Part shown: in pieces, positions 27,451-28,749 of the stretch
Position numbering within the stretch: the stretch's first letter is position 1
Layout: each line of letters begins with the position of its first letter
Assembly (NCBI GenBank): GCA_963830365.1
Contig: CAWHMU010000030.1
Coordinates: 1 to 28,749 of the forward strand
DNA: 28,749 nt
Origin: an uncultured Chlamydiae bacterium
GTDB taxonomy: Bacteria > Chlamydiota > Chlamydiia > Chlamydiales > Parachlamydiaceae
Direction of reading: 5' to 3'
Notes under the pieces: generated by a model
Databases searched by the model: none
What the model was told of the DNA's origin: nothing
The model's input: the letters and a program-made list of their open reading frames with translations, nothing else
Position numbers and translations under genes: made by a program

Positions 27451-28749
27451 GGTTCATCCGGCAAATCGGTACATAAAAGAGGGTAGATAATAAAATGCAG
27501 TAAACAATAATTTGTCTCTTGGTTACCACACCGGGAGAAAATCATGTCTACTGCAACTTTATTGTATCTGTTCGGAATTAAAAATGTCGAGTGCCATTCA
27601 ACGGAGTACGCGGGTGAGAAGATCATTTTTCACGCCGAAAGCTCTCGAAATAATCCCTCTTGTCCAAAATGCGGGGGAAACAATGTATGTTTTCGTGGGC
27701 AAAAGTGTAGAAAACTGCGCATGGTTCCTTGGGGAAAAATGCCATGCTTTTTGTATCTCACTTTGAATAGAATTTCTTGTCATGATTGCGGTAAGTGTTC
27801 TTGGCCGGTACCGGACTTTGTTCCCGGAAAACAACGAATGGTTCAAGCCTTTGTAGAGTACGTCCTCTGTCTTATTGCAATAGGCACGATTTTAGGAGTT
27901 GCACGATTTCTCGGAGTAGGTTGGGACCTAGTTAAAAACATCCATAAGGACCATCTGAAGAGAAAGTATCAAGAGATCCCTTTTGGTGAGCTGGAATTTT
28001 TAAGCATCGATGAATTTAGCATACGTAAAGGCCATAACTATATGACGATTTTTGTCGACATTCGAACAGGTCGTATTCTTCATGCCGTTGAGGGTAGATC
28101 AAAACATGATGTGACCCCATTCCTCAGAGAATTGGCTGCAAAAGCAAAAAGTCTTAAGGCGATCGCCATGGATATGAGTGGTCCTTATGCATCAGCCGTA
28201 ACATCAATTCTGCCAAAAGTAGACATTGTATTTGATCACTTTCATGTGGATGCTCTAATAAATAAAGCCTTAGATGAGATTCGAAGGCAGCAGCAGAACA
28301 GTCTTGATCAAACATCGCGGAAGGTTGTGAAAGGGAAACGATTTCTCCTACTCAGGAATTACAATGCACTTGACAAGTCAGCACAAGAGGGATTGCAGGC
28401 TCTTCTCGATGTCAATGCCCCTCTCCTTATTGCCCATACGCTAAAGGAGCAATTTCGACTCTTCTGGGAACAATCTTCTCAGCAGAATGCTTCGAGTTTT
28501 CTTTTGCGTTGGCTTTGGGATGTATTTGAGAGCGGTCTTGAGCCATTAATTAAGGTTGGAAGGACTCTTTTAGGACATGCTAAGGGCTTAGTCAACTATT
28601 TCAAGCATCGGATAAGCAATGGAAAAATCGAAGGGATCAATAACAAAATTAAGACTATGTCACGTCAAGCATACGGATTTCGAGATATGGAATATTTTAA
28701 ATTAAGACTCCTCCATCTTCATGAGCAAAAGCACTCATTAACCGGATGA
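27451..28749 (+). mobile_element. ISL3-family insertion sequence, copy 2 (right end cut by the window edge)
   Basis: Starts GGTTCATCCGG at 27451. The sequence matches copy 1 at an offset of 15564 bp. Confidence 0.95.
27544..28749 (+). CDS. ISL3-family transposase (identical protein to 11980-13185)
   Basis: The 401-aa translation is identical to copy 1. Confidence 0.96.
   Translation: MSTATLLYLFGIKNVECHSTEYAGEKIIFHAESSRNNPSCPKCGGNNVCFRGQKCRKLRMVPWGKMPCFLYLTLNRISCHDCGKCSWPVPDFVPGKQRMVQAFVEYVLCLIAIGTILGVARFLGVGWDLVKNIHKDHLKRKYQEIPFGELEFLSIDEFSIRKGHNYMTIFVDIRTGRILHAVEGRSKHDVTPFLRELAAKAKSLKAIAMDMSGPYASAVTSILPKVDIVFDHFHVDALINKALDEIRRQQQNSLDQTSRKVVKGKRFLLLRNYNALDKSAQEGLQALLDVNAPLLIAHTLKEQFRLFWEQSSQQNASSFLLRWLWDVFESGLEPLIKVGRTLLGHAKGLVNYFKHRISNGKIEGINNKIKTMSRQAYGFRDMEYFKLRLLHLHEQKHSLTG

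Noticed and set aside
11887..28749. Composite transposon formed by the two ISL3 copies
   Set aside because: Copy 1 has its own TSD and the enclosed DNA includes core genes, so there is no evidence that it moved as a unit.

Overview
This window looks like chromosome from an environmental chlamydia (Parachlamydiales-like), inferred from gene content. Core blocks are maf–HEAT-repeat protein–LptD-like OM protein (translationally coupled), a DEAD-box helicase, an MFS transporter, class I aldolase fbaB, mlaE-mlaF-mlaD and yqgE/algH. Accessory DNA lies between them. It includes an F-box protein, a coiled-coil orphan, and a ~900-aa orphan with a cryptic HD/phosphodiesterase motif set behind a low-complexity N-terminus (candidate secreted effector). 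Mobile DNA comprises two apparently identical ISL3 copies (one with an 8-bp TSD, inserted into a predicted promoter), a complete 1806-bp ISAs1 (10-bp TSD) whose transposase has an IS1634-like N-terminal extension, and an ISAs1-type MITE. There is also a ~5% diverged, doubly deleted second copy of the ISAs1-end/fbaB unit, an internally deleted cation:proton antiporter pseudogene, and many intergenic palindromic or 9-bp-periodic repeats. No rRNA, tRNA or CRISPR array was seen.
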